A stretch of 64,000 bases of DNA from Chthonomonadaceae bacterium (lineage in GTDB: Bacteria; Armatimonadota; Chthonomonadetes; Chthonomonadales; Chthonomonadaceae), in assembly GCA_027459665.1 (NCBI GenBank), contig DAIDHN010000001.1, positions 72,356 to 136,355 on the forward strand, written 5' to 3'. A program made the translations under genes and the position numbers. This document shows positions 8,560-17,829 of the stretch, in pieces. Every line of letters starts with the position of its first letter. The first letter of the stretch is position 1. The notes below the pieces were generated by a model that saw only the letters and a program-made list of their open reading frames with translations, was not told where the DNA came from and ran no database searches.

Positions 8560-10016
8560 CGCGCCACCCCCTCTGCTAGCGTGAAGGCCGCAGAAGTAAG
8601 CACCACTCCAAGCAGTAGCGAAGCAGTAAGCAGAATGCCCGGAATAACCATTGTTGAGAATACTGGAACAGCCTCAGACACCGCAGTTTTCTTTTTTGCC
8701 GGTGACTCTCCAAACACCATGCCTGCGATTCGCATGGATAGCGCAATAAATGCTATTGCCAATGCAGCGCATAATACAATTACTGTTATGATATGGCGCG
8801 TGTCTGCCGCTGTTGAAAGAATTTGCCACTCGGCAAGAAAGCTTCCAAAAGGAGGGGAACCGGCAACTGCAGCGGCCGCGACGAATAACAACACTGCTTG
8901 TAGCGGCTGCGCGTTCAATACCCCCCGAATATCCTGTATGGTCTTGGTGCCGTACTGCTGCAGCAGATTACCTGCCAAAAGAAAAAGCGCCGCTTTGACC
9001 AGGCTGTGATTGACTGCCTGAAGTGCAAACCCTGCGCTGGTACCAAGCGCTGCGGCCACCGCTATCAGGCCAACGTTTTCCATGCTGGAGTAGGCAAGCA
9101 TTCGTTTGAGATCGCGCTGCTTGAGCAAAAAAAGACTGGCTGCCAGAACCGTTGCCGCACCCATTGGCAAAAGCGTGATCTGAACAAACCTGCTTTCTCC
9201 TGCAGCAGCCATCAGGCTGCAGGTACGCCAGAGCGCTACAAGCGCACAGTTTAGCAGCGCACCCGATAGCATGGCGCTGGCAGGCGCCGGCGCTTCGCTG
9301 TGGGCATCTGGCAGCCAGCTGTGAAGCGGAAAGAGGCCAGCCTTTGTTCCATAACCAAGCAGGGTAAAAACAAACCCCAGGCGCAGCATGCTGTGTGAAT
9401 AGAGGCGTGCATGTTTTACCAGATATGCAAGTGAAAGGCTTCCTGTTGTTCCTGCGCCAACACGCTGTGATGCTGCGTAGAAAATTGCTGTGCCCAGAAA
9501 GGCGAACGCTATACCCACACTGCATATGATGAGGTATTTCCAGGTTGCTTCAAGAGATGTGCGAGAACGATGATGATAAACCAGCGGAGCCGACAGCAGA
9601 GTGGTTGCTTCCACCGAAATCCAGAGATAGCCCAGATTGTCTGCTGCCACAACAGCCACCATCGAAAGATAGAAAAGGGCGGCAAACAGGTAAAACATAC
9701 GCAGATCACGGTTTGAGGGCGCATGCTCAGATGCGGTTTCCCGCAGAAAAAACCCCACGGCATGGGTGAGAGCTGCTGCAACAATCAGGGTGGTAAGCAT
9801 TGCAAAGAGCGCCGCAGTGTTGTCAAGACGAAAGCCGTGTACAACAGGCGCCGTCTGGTGCGTGCCCAGGCGGGGCACACACACTGCCAAAACGACTGCC
9901 ATCTGCACCCACATCAAAACAGCGCTCAGGCGCAGCAGAGTAGAAGTTCTGCGAGACAGCAGCGCAGAAACCAGAATAAGCATGGGGCAGAGCAGCAAAG
10001 AGAGCAAAGCATTCAT
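8556..10016 (-). CDS. NuoN/NuoM/HyfF-like proton-translocating antiporter-type membrane subunit
   Basis: Polytopic membrane protein with signature WLPDAHSEAPAPASAMLSGALLNCALVALWR of the Mrp/NuoL-M-N family. Confidence 0.8.
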   Translation of the reverse strand: MNALLSLLLCPMLILVSALLSRRTSTLLRLSAVLMWVQMAVVLAVCVPRLGTHQTAPVVHGFRLDNTAALFAMLTTLIVAAALTHAVGFFLRETASEHAPSNRDLRMFYLFAALFYLSMVAVVAADNLGYLWISVEATTLLSAPLVYHHRSRTSLEATWKYLIICSVGIAFAFLGTAIFYAASQRVGAGTTGSLSLAYLVKHARLYSHSMLRLGFVFTLLGYGTKAGLFPLHSWLPDAHSEAPAPASAMLSGALLNCALVALWRTCSLMAAAGESRFVQITLLPMGAATVLAASLFLLKQRDLKRMLAYSSMENVGLIAVAAALGTSAGFALQAVNHSLVKAALFLLAGNLLQQYGTKTIQDIRGVLNAQPLQAVLLFVAAAAVAGSPPFGSFLAEWQILSTAADTRHIITVIVLCAALAIAFIALSMRIAGMVFGESPAKKKTAVSEAVPVFSTMVIPGILLTASLLLGVVLTSAAFTLAEGVAR

Positions 10017-10206
10017 TGAGTGTTTTGAGGCATGCCTCCTTCCTGTACAAATCAGGGTAGAAGGGCTGCATTCCTTTCTTTATTCGAAAAATACCCCGTT
10101 TCACCAGCCGCATTGCCTGGCACATACATGCCGAACATCCGTTTCGGCTGTGCATTTCCCCTCTTCTCAGCCAGCGAACCGGCGCCATGTTCTGTGCAGG
10201 GCATAT

Positions 10207-10836
10207 TCATCCTCTCAGCTGCTTCAATTCTGTTACATCGATGTGCTCAAAGCTGTCTCTAATGCGAAAGGTAAGCAGCCCGGCAAGCATGGTGCCGGCC
10301 AGAATATCCATCAGTACTCCCAGTTCTACAACAGGCGGCATTGAGTGAGGCTGTGCTATTGTGTAGAAGAATATGCCATTCTCCAGCACCAGAAACCCGA
10401 TTATCTGACTCACTGCGAGCCGGCGTGATACCATGAGCACCATTCCAATGAAGAGCATTCCTATGGTGGGAAGTGCGCTGGGCGCAATCTGCCGGCTGAA
10501 TGGATGCAGCAGCATGAGCGCCCCCAGAGCGCCTGCAGTTGCAAACAGAAGCAGGGGCGGTGCAAGCAGCAATCCTTCATCCCTGCGGCAGCCGAGACGT
10601 CGTACTACCCTGTTGAGGTAGACAGGAACGGCAACGCCCTTTAACAGCGCAACTGCTGTTCCTGCTGCAACCAGAGCAGGCTCTCCGTGCTGCTTTCCAA
10701 CCCAAATGGCCAGCAGGCCCAGTGTTACAGTTTGCAGGGCATAGAGCATCAGCTTGGAAGGCAGCTGGGTGAGTCCTGTCATCCACAATCCCAGCAGAAC
10801 GGTGCATGCAGCAACTGGACCAAACTCAAATGACAT
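10207..10836 (-). CDS. HyfE/hydrogenase-4 component E-like small membrane subunit
   Basis: 209-aa protein with about 6 TM helices, size and hydropathy like HyfE; embedded between NuoH-like and NuoN-like genes as in hyf operons. Confidence 0.6.
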   Translation of the reverse strand: MSFEFGPVAACTVLLGLWMTGLTQLPSKLMLYALQTVTLGLLAIWVGKQHGEPALVAAGTAVALLKGVAVPVYLNRVVRRLGCRRDEGLLLAPPLLLFATAGALGALMLLHPFSRQIAPSALPTIGMLFIGMVLMVSRRLAVSQIIGFLVLENGIFFYTIAQPHSMPPVVELGVLMDILAGTMLAGLLTFRIRDSFEHIDVTELKQLRG

Positions 10837-10842
10837 AATGAC

Positions 10843-11760
10843 CTATCCTTTCAACACCACTATCAGGTTTGCGATTATGCCCGCCGTGAGTGCAAACGAC
10901 AACAAACTGGGAATTTTTCGCCAGCGCAGTTTGACCAGTATCGATTCCATCAATGCCAGCGCCACACCTGCTGCCAGAATCAATCCCAGGCTCAGCAAGT
11001 AAGCCGTCACAGGTGAAAACGGGGGCAGCGCCATAAGCAGTACCCTGGCTATCAGCCCAAACAAAACAGTCATCTCAATGGCGGCGGCAAACTCTCTCAA
11101 TGCAAGATTTCTCCCAGAGTTTTCCAGAATGAGAGCCTCGTGTATCATTGTCAGTTCCAGGTGGGTAGTGGGATCGTCTACCGGCATCCTCGCCAGCTCT
11201 GCCGTAACCGCCAGCCAGAGCGCCGCAACTACCAAAAGAAGCACAAACAAATTCGCGCTGCCTGGCCCTGTCGCGAGAAACAGAGATACGCTGCTGCTGT
11301 GCGCATGAGCGGCAAGTGCAGCAAGTGCAATCACAACAGCCGGCTCGGCTGCAATTGAAACAGCGGCCTTGCGGCTTGCACCCAGCGCACCGAAAGATGA
11401 CCCTGCATCCAGCGCAGCCAGCTGGGTTACAAACTTTTCTACCGCCATTAAATAAATAATCAGAAAGAGATCGCCGGGCAGTGGAGCAGAAACACCGAGC
11501 CAGGGAATCATCAAGGCAGTACAAAGCATCACCGCTATGCTGATGATGGGGGCAAGACGAAACACACCGGTGGTTGTCTCACTGATGATTTCCCCCTTGC
11601 TAAATAGTTTCGCTATGTCCCAGAAGGGCTGCAGAAGCGGCGGTCCCTGCCGATTCAGAAACCGCGACTTGCTGAATTGTATCACCCCGGCAAGAAGCAG
11701 CGGCAGCGTGAGTGCATGAATAAGATAGAAGGCAAGCAATAAAATCGATGCGAACCTCAC
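10843..11760 (-). CDS. NuoH/HycD/HyfC-like membrane subunit
   Basis: FLNRQGPPLLQPFWDIAKLFSKGE (NuoH Q-x-R-x-GP...D..KL..KE motif) and C-terminal DDPTTHLELTMIHEALILENSG...LAL motif typical of HycD. Confidence 0.8.
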   Translation of the reverse strand: MRFASILLLAFYLIHALTLPLLLAGVIQFSKSRFLNRQGPPLLQPFWDIAKLFSKGEIISETTTGVFRLAPIISIAVMLCTALMIPWLGVSAPLPGDLFLIIYLMAVEKFVTQLAALDAGSSFGALGASRKAAVSIAAEPAVVIALAALAAHAHSSSVSLFLATGPGSANLFVLLLVVAALWLAVTAELARMPVDDPTTHLELTMIHEALILENSGRNLALREFAAAIEMTVLFGLIARVLLMALPPFSPVTAYLLSLGLILAAGVALALMESILVKLRWRKIPSLLSFALTAGIIANLIVVLKG

Positions 11761-13745
11761 CGGGTAAATCCTCCAATGGCAAGCAGCAGCAGCAGCGTAC
11801 CAAACATGGTGAGCAGATAGAGGTGAATGCTCCCCGCCTGCATTTGCACGATCCAGTCTCCGGCACGGTCTACCCAGCGCACAAGCGGGTGATAAATACG
11901 TGTTTCAAGCACCGCCCCCGTCTTTGTTTCCACAGTGATCTCTTCTGGAAAAAGACGCCTGTTTACTCCATCAATATGAAGGTGAATAGCATAGCGGTAA
12001 AATGCACTGAACATTCGCGCAATCGGCTGTGCAAAACTGCCTGAGGCAACCTGCATTCGGGGCGTCAGGTCTCCAAAGCCGCATTCCCATGTAATAAACT
12101 TTCTCACCGGCTGGCGGCGGGCAGCGCTCTCCATCCACATTGCAATTCCCCCTGTGGTAAAAACCAGAAGAAGCGCCAGCATTGGCATCGGCAGTGTCCA
12201 GACAGATGCGAGAGGGACTGCATTCGGTGCAAGCGGAGTGACGAGCCGCTGCAGAATACTCAGTGCCAGCGGCACGGCAAGCCCCAGGCCGGCACAACCT
12301 GCTGCGAGCAGACCCTGCGCCAGCAGCATTCCCCTGCTCGCTTCTTTGGCCTCTTCTGCGGCTCTGGTACGCGGACGTCCCTGAAAAGCTACTCCGAGTG
12401 CGCGGGTATAGCACGCCAGAGAGAGTACGCCAACCAGGGCAGTTTGGCCGATCATAAGTACACCGCAGCAGCGCAGCAGGGGGGTTGTCCCTTGGGCAGC
12501 AATATGCAGTGACCCCTGGTAGAGCAGCCACTCTGCGGCAAAACCATTGAGAGGCGGCAGGCCGCATATGGCAGCAGCGCCCAGAATAAAAAGGCCGAAG
12601 GTATAGGGCATGCGCTTCCCCAGCCCTCCCAGTTTCGTTAGATCACGCGTGTGGGTACGCAGGTCTACCGAGCCTGCCCCGAGGAACAGCAGCGATTTGA
12701 AAAGCGCATGGTTGAGAATTTGAAAGAGTGCGGCGGCAGCACCCAGCTGAACAGCCCCCGCAACCCCCAGAAATCTTGCCGATATTGCCCCGCCTATGCC
12801 GATGAGAATAAGGCCGACGTTCTCAACTGTCGAGTAGGCAAGAATCCGCTTGATGTCTTCCTGAATCAGCGCAAAGAGAATTCCCCAGACAGCAGAGACC
12901 GAACCGAGGATAAGCAAAATGTAGCCGAACGCCGGATGTGCAAATGCCCTGGAAAACAGAAACAGACGCACGATTGCATAGAGAGCCGTCTTGACCATAA
13001 CACCGCTCATCAGGGCAGACACAGGAGATGGCGCAGCAGGGTGGGCAGCGGGCAGCCAGAGGTGAAAGGGCCACATTCCGGCTTTCACGCCCAAACCGGT
13101 CAGAAGAAGAAGCCCCGGCCCAAGAGCGCGAACCCCTGCAAGATGCCAGTTTTGAAATACCCAGCTGCCCGTGAGTGCATGCGCCCAGAGGAATCCACCT
13201 GCCAAAAAGGCAGTACCAACACGAGTAGCGCCCAAATAGACAAGCGCTGCCTGCCGGGTAGAGGCATTGCGATGGTCTGTTGCTACCAGCAGAAACGAAC
13301 TCAGCGACATAACCTCCCAGGCAATCAGAAAAGTGAGCGCGTTTGCAGCGAGGACTACCAGCGCCATGCTGAGCAGCAGCAGCGGAAGCGCTGTCCAGAA
13401 GACACGCATGTCGGTGCGCGTTTTCATATGCTCCATATAGTCATGAAGGTAGAACGCTGCCGGCCCGCTGGAAAGAGCAATGACAGCCAGAAACCAGGCA
13501 GCCAGCATGTCAAGGTGAAAGGCGATGGGAGCAGTGCCCAAAAAGAAGGGGAGAGGAAGCGTTAGAGATTCTGGCCGAGCATATAAAACAGTAACAGCAG
13601 CGCCCAGCAGGGTAAGCGCCCCCAAACCGATGAGAGCGCTCCATGCACGCCGATGAGTATGCTGCCCATCAAACAAGGCGGCCAGCGGCAGTACAAGCCA
13701 AAACAGAGCAGCGGCACCGAGAAACAGGTGAGAAAGTGGAGGCAT
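11757..13745 (-). CDS. NuoL/HyfB/HycC-like large antiporter-type membrane subunit
   Basis: 662-aa polytopic protein with LWLPAAHPAAPSPVSALMSGVMVKTALYAIVRL signature of the NuoL family; 4-nt overlap with downstream gene. Confidence 0.8.
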   Translation of the reverse strand: MPPLSHLFLGAAALFWLVLPLAALFDGQHTHRRAWSALIGLGALTLLGAAVTVLYARPESLTLPLPFFLGTAPIAFHLDMLAAWFLAVIALSSGPAAFYLHDYMEHMKTRTDMRVFWTALPLLLLSMALVVLAANALTFLIAWEVMSLSSFLLVATDHRNASTRQAALVYLGATRVGTAFLAGGFLWAHALTGSWVFQNWHLAGVRALGPGLLLLTGLGVKAGMWPFHLWLPAAHPAAPSPVSALMSGVMVKTALYAIVRLFLFSRAFAHPAFGYILLILGSVSAVWGILFALIQEDIKRILAYSTVENVGLILIGIGGAISARFLGVAGAVQLGAAAALFQILNHALFKSLLFLGAGSVDLRTHTRDLTKLGGLGKRMPYTFGLFILGAAAICGLPPLNGFAAEWLLYQGSLHIAAQGTTPLLRCCGVLMIGQTALVGVLSLACYTRALGVAFQGRPRTRAAEEAKEASRGMLLAQGLLAAGCAGLGLAVPLALSILQRLVTPLAPNAVPLASVWTLPMPMLALLLVFTTGGIAMWMESAARRQPVRKFITWECGFGDLTPRMQVASGSFAQPIARMFSAFYRYAIHLHIDGVNRRLFPEEITVETKTGAVLETRIYHPLVRWVDRAGDWIVQMQAGSIHLYLLTMFGTLLLLLAIGGFTR

Positions 13746-13747
13746 TC

Positions 13748-14215
13748 CTACTGCTCCTCTTCTGGGGAGACATCAGAGGGGGATGCCTGCAGGCGAATCT
13801 CTGTCAGCATTTCTGTTACCTCACTGAGATGTTCCTCAAAGTAGAGTCGCATTATGTCAAGCACTTCAGTGAGCCGATGACTGCGCAGCGAATAGAAAAC
13901 CTGATTTCCTTCCTTACGATTAACAACAATCTGCCTGGCGCGCAACACGGCCAAATGCTGCGATGCATTTGCCTGCTCTACCCCCAGCCTTTCCAGAATA
14001 GCGCCTGCCGACACCTCATCTTCACGAAGTATTTCTACAATAGCGATTCGCGTGGGATGCGCCAATGCCTGAAAAATGTCCGCCTTAAATCGCTGCAATG
14101 CATTCTGCATAACCGCCTGCCTCTCTTGCCCATAGGGCATGCTTTGCTGTAGCTGCTGACAACTGAATAGCGCTCCCAATTGCCCTTGGGCAGCCCTTAT
14201 GCCGATGCATGGCAT
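13748..14215 (-). CDS. ArsR/SmtB-family HTH transcriptional regulator, first gene of the Ehr-like operon (alternative start at 14140)
   Basis: FQALAHPTRIAIVEILREDEVSAGAILERLGVEQANASQHLAVLRARQIVV = ArsR winged-helix signature; no metal-sensing Cys motifs; stop lies 2 nt before the NuoL-like start. Confidence 0.75.
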   Translation of the reverse strand: MPCIGIRAAQGQLGALFSCQQLQQSMPYGQERQAVMQNALQRFKADIFQALAHPTRIAIVEILREDEVSAGAILERLGVEQANASQHLAVLRARQIVVNRKEGNQVFYSLRSHRLTEVLDIMRLYFEEHLSEVTEMLTEIRLQASPSDVSPEEEQ

Positions 14216-14221
14216 GTATTA

Positions 14222-14258
14222 TGTATTAGTATACCATAATTTTCAAATATTCTAAAAA
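14222..14258 (-). promoter_or_regulatory. Putative sigma70-type promoter of the arsR-ehr operon (-35 TTTAGA, 17-nt spacer, -10 TATACT) overlapping an AATATTC-N8-GAATATa inverted repeat
   Basis: Read on minus strand: TTTAGAatatttgaaaattatggTATACT about 9 nt before the ATG at 14215; inverted repeat at 14246-14267. Confidence 0.4.
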
Positions 14259-14407
14259 TCGAATATACTTATAATCTGTAGAAACTGCGTTGTCTACAGG
14301 TTCAATAAAAAGCGCGCCCGCAGCAGCAAACTCTCCCCATGTTTTGCGTCGCTGCAGGTACAATATTCTTCATAACCTATTCGTCAAAATTGACTAGAGG
14401 AACTGCC

Positions 14408-15940
14408 ATGCCCTATCGTTCTGTGTTTGCAGATGTTGCAAAAAACCCATGTGCATTCGTATTGTTTGGAGCTACAGGCGACCTTACCCGAAGAAAAATT
14501 GTTCCTGCCCTGTTTGATCTTTCCCTTCAAAAACTGCTGCCCGAAGGGTTTGTCATTGTGCCGTTTGCAAGAAGAGACAAGGATGATGCAACCTACCGCA
14601 GCGACCTGCAGGCGGCCTTGCGCGAGTTTGCACCTCATCTGCCAGCCGATGGACCGGAATGGGAAGAATTTGCCCGGCACATCACGTATGTGCGCTCTGA
14701 ACTGAATGACCTGCAGGGATATGACCACCTGAAGAAAAGGCTGGCCGAACTGGACAAGGAATACCATTTTCAGGGCAACTGCATCTTCTACCTGGCTACC
14801 CCGCCCGAAAACTTTGACGAAATCATTACCTGCCTGGGGCAGTCTGGCCTAAACAAGCCAGACAGGGCAGGCGCATGGCGGCGCATTATTGTGGAAAAGC
14901 CGTTCGGATACGATCTGGAATCTGCCAGGCGTCTCAATACCGACCTGGGCAAGGTATTTGATGAAAGCCAGATTTTTCGCATAGACCACTACCTCGGCAA
15001 GGAAACAGTTCAAAACATACTGGTGCTGCGATTTGCCAACTCTATTTTCGAACCGCTGTTCAATAAAAACTATATTGACCGCATAGAGATCACCGTTGCC
15101 GAAACGCTTGGAGTGGAAGGACGGGGCAACTATTTTGAGCGCTCTGGCATTACCCGCGACATTGTGCAGAACCACGCCCTGCAAGTGCTGACGCTGGTCG
15201 CCATGGAACCCCCCATGACCCTTTCGGCAGATGCAATTCGGGATGAAAAAGTGAAGGTACTGCAATCTATTCGCCGCTTCACCCCCCAGGAGGTGGCACG
15301 CCACACTGTGCGCGGTCAGTACGGCGCCGGCAGCATTGCCAGCGGTGAAAATGAAGAGGCAGTGCCCGGCTATCGCGAAGAGGCAGGTGTAGACCCTCGT
15401 TCGGAAACCGAAACCTTTGCCGCATTCCGTTTTTCAATAGACAACTGGCGCTGGGCAGGCGTGCCTTTTTATGTGCAGGCAGGCAAGCGCATGCCCAAAC
15501 GCCTCACAGAGGTACACGTTTATTTTAAGCCCGCCCCTGAAGTGCTGTTTGCACGCCTCTCCTACGGTCAGCTGCAACCCAACAAACTCAGCCTGCGCAT
15601 TCAGCCGGATGAGGGGGCATCGCTGCAAATAAGCAGCAAAACCCCCGGCCCCGAAATGCATATACAGCCCGTTGAAATGAACTTCAAATACGGTTCTGCC
15701 TTCGATGTTCCCATTCGGGATGCATACGAGCGACTGATTGTAGATGCCATTCGCGGAGATGCCTCGCTGTTTGCCCGCAACGATGAGGTTGAAGCCGCGT
15801 GGTCGCTCATCACCCCCATTCTGGAAGCATGGCGAGACTACTCCTGCCCTATTTTCCCAAACTATGCAGCAGGTTCCTGGGGGCCGGAAGATGCACGAGA
15901 CCTTACCTGCAGGGGCTACGTAGGCTATTCGGCTCCCTGA
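14408..15940 (+). CDS. zwf: Glucose-6-phosphate 1-dehydrogenase
   Basis: FVLFGATGDLTRRK NADP-binding motif and the diagnostic RIDHYLGKE active-site nonapeptide; start at ATG 14408 preceded by AGAGGAA. Confidence 0.9.
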   Translation: MPYRSVFADVAKNPCAFVLFGATGDLTRRKIVPALFDLSLQKLLPEGFVIVPFARRDKDDATYRSDLQAALREFAPHLPADGPEWEEFARHITYVRSELNDLQGYDHLKKRLAELDKEYHFQGNCIFYLATPPENFDEIITCLGQSGLNKPDRAGAWRRIIVEKPFGYDLESARRLNTDLGKVFDESQIFRIDHYLGKETVQNILVLRFANSIFEPLFNKNYIDRIEITVAETLGVEGRGNYFERSGITRDIVQNHALQVLTLVAMEPPMTLSADAIRDEKVKVLQSIRRFTPQEVARHTVRGQYGAGSIASGENEEAVPGYREEAGVDPRSETETFAAFRFSIDNWRWAGVPFYVQAGKRMPKRLTEVHVYFKPAPEVLFARLSYGQLQPNKLSLRIQPDEGASLQISSKTPGPEMHIQPVEMNFKYGSAFDVPIRDAYERLIVDAIRGDASLFARNDEVEAAWSLITPILEAWRDYSCPIFPNYAAGSWGPEDARDLTCRGYVGYSAP

Positions 15941-17652
15941 GCGCTGCGTTTGCGCGGTTCACCGCCGCCTTCCTGCTGCGCCTGGTTTGCAAGCGCAGTT
16001 AGAAAAGCGCTTTCCAAAGGCATGCAGGCGCTCGCTACAGATGTCCACACCTGTGTTTTCTTCAGAGCGATGGCCGAACGCCCCTTGCCGCCCGCCGCCA
16101 GGGAAACCGCCTCCCTGTCGTTGTAACTCAGTATTGGCGCCATCATAAGGCTGCTTCCCTCCACGCCCTGGTTCATGCTGCGGGCGAGGGGGTTTGGCCC
16201 CGAAACCGGTCGTGCCTGCAGGCTGGCCGCACCAAAATCCATGCGGGTTTTTATGCCGGTGAGCCGCGCCACATTTTCGGCCTTCACTCCGTCTTCCGCC
16301 ACGGCCCCGCATCCCCAAAGCCAGAGCACTGTCTGTTTTCCCTGCTTCAAACGTGCATCCAGCTGCCTTCTTTCTGCGGTAGAGAGGTAGTAGAGGGTCG
16401 CAGCAATGGTAAGCGGGCGTTTTGGGTAGTTTTTGTGAAACAGGTCTGCCGGAATGCCCGTTTCAAAGGCAGTTCCGGTGCGAACCAGGGCAGCGAACTG
16501 GGCAGGCAGACACTGATTCAGCAGCAGAGAGGCTTGCTCGGTTTCAGCCAGAACATGCGGAGCGGCGGGGTCGAGCAGCACACAGACACGGGCTGCCGGC
16601 GGTGAAGAGGGAGCATTTTGAAGCATACTTCGTGCCGAACGCCATACTGCCGCAGGGGTTTCTGCAGGCAGAATCAGGCCGCACTGCGCCTCCAGCGCAG
16701 TACGTGCGGCTTCGGGGCTGCCGGCTTTTTCCCGGTGCCACATTGTTTTGCCCCGCAGGCGAATGCTCAGCGTACAAAGCCGCACCATTCCGGGCGTGCC
16801 TTCTTCTGCCCCTGCAAAAAAAGAGAGCGCCTCTGTTTCAAGTATCTCCTCTGCCAGCCCCGCATGCATGGCCGTACCGGCAAACAGGGGGGCATACACT
16901 GCACCAACTGTTCCCCTGCCTTCCAGCCCTTCGCAGGCGGCGCGTGCGCAATGCGCCAGCGCCCTGTTCATGCTGCTGCAAACTGCCTCCTGCCAGCAAA
17001 GCGCCAGAGCGCTGCGGGCGGGGTTGCGAAACACGCCGTGCGTACCCAAGCTGCGCTCTGCTTTGGCTGGGCAGTGCACAGTATGAAAATCCTGGTTCGG
17101 GCTGCTCAGCGCCTGGCGCAGCAGCAGAATATTGCGCCGGTATTTTTCGCGCATCAGCAGCTGCAGGGCAGTTGCCATGCAAGGGCCGACATCTGCCATT
17201 CGCTCATCATCGCGGGCGCCCCATGCCCTCTGCCGCCCGGCGGTGAGCAGAACCGCCTCGCAGCCCTGTTTTTTTACACCCCGCACCAAACGCCTCACCG
17301 CGGTCGCAGCCTCCTGCTGCTGCCATTCGCTGTTCCAGGAAGCTGCCTCTAACGGGCCTTCTTCTGTGCATGCGCGCTGATCCGGGTGAGCCTGCAGCCA
17401 GGCAGACGGAGCATCGCAGTTTATTTCCAGCATAAAACGGCACCCGGGTGCTGCTTCACGTACTCTCTTCATGCGCTCTTCCAGCACCGAAATGCTTCCT
17501 TCCTCCAGCGAAATTCCGCGCATGCAATATAGCTCAATCCCCTCTTTCGCGCACGCCTCTACTGCCTCCTGCGGGGTATGCGGCCATACATCCGCCATAA
17601 GAGGCAGCCGGCGTGATGGGGAAACAATAGGTTTTGCCTGTTCTAAAGCCAT
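15925..17652 (-). CDS. Hypothetical protein (575 aa), possibly glycoside-hydrolase-like TIM barrel plus glutamine-amidotransferase-like domain
   Basis: Long ORF with good coding character convergent with zwf (16-nt overlap); no diagnostic motif recognised. Confidence 0.4.
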   Translation of the reverse strand: MALEQAKPIVSPSRRLPLMADVWPHTPQEAVEACAKEGIELYCMRGISLEEGSISVLEERMKRVREAAPGCRFMLEINCDAPSAWLQAHPDQRACTEEGPLEAASWNSEWQQQEAATAVRRLVRGVKKQGCEAVLLTAGRQRAWGARDDERMADVGPCMATALQLLMREKYRRNILLLRQALSSPNQDFHTVHCPAKAERSLGTHGVFRNPARSALALCWQEAVCSSMNRALAHCARAACEGLEGRGTVGAVYAPLFAGTAMHAGLAEEILETEALSFFAGAEEGTPGMVRLCTLSIRLRGKTMWHREKAGSPEAARTALEAQCGLILPAETPAAVWRSARSMLQNAPSSPPAARVCVLLDPAAPHVLAETEQASLLLNQCLPAQFAALVRTGTAFETGIPADLFHKNYPKRPLTIAATLYYLSTAERRQLDARLKQGKQTVLWLWGCGAVAEDGVKAENVARLTGIKTRMDFGAASLQARPVSGPNPLARSMNQGVEGSSLMMAPILSYNDREAVSLAAGGKGRSAIALKKTQVWTSVASACMPLESAFLTALANQAQQEGGGEPRKRSAQGAE

Positions 17653-17829
17653 GGTTCTCCTGTCTCAGATTGTTTGCGCATTATACCGCACCCGGCACAC
17701 ACTTTTTGGGCAGGCGCCCGCACCGCACCTGCAGAAAAACCGGCGCACTGCGCTCTTCTGCCCCTTGACGACTGTGGTATACTATATGCAGAAAAAAAAG
17801 TGGCTGTGTGTCACGGAAAGGTGTGAACA

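Noticed and set aside
7945-9009. 354-codon plus-strand ORF spanning the large-subunit/NuoN-like junction
   Set aside because: Antisense to two strongly supported genes, no motif, biased composition
12651-13565. 304-codon plus-strand ORF inside the NuoL-like gene
   Set aside because: Lys/Arg/Gln-rich low-complexity translation antisense to a well-supported membrane protein gene
6208-14215. Respiratory complex I (nuo) or functional formate hydrogenlyase/hydrogenase-4
   Set aside because: No NuoA/J/K/M/E/F/G/I genes, NuoB-like subunit lacks the N2 cysteines, large subunit lacks both CxxC NiFe motifs, no hyp/fdh genes nearby
14140-14215. N-terminal 25 residues (MPCIGIRAAQGQLGALFSCQQLQQS) of the ArsR ORF
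   Set aside because: May be untranslated leader if the true start is the MPYGQ methionine at 14140; retained the longer coordinates because the -10 element abuts the 14215 ATG (possible leaderless start) and neither start has an SD
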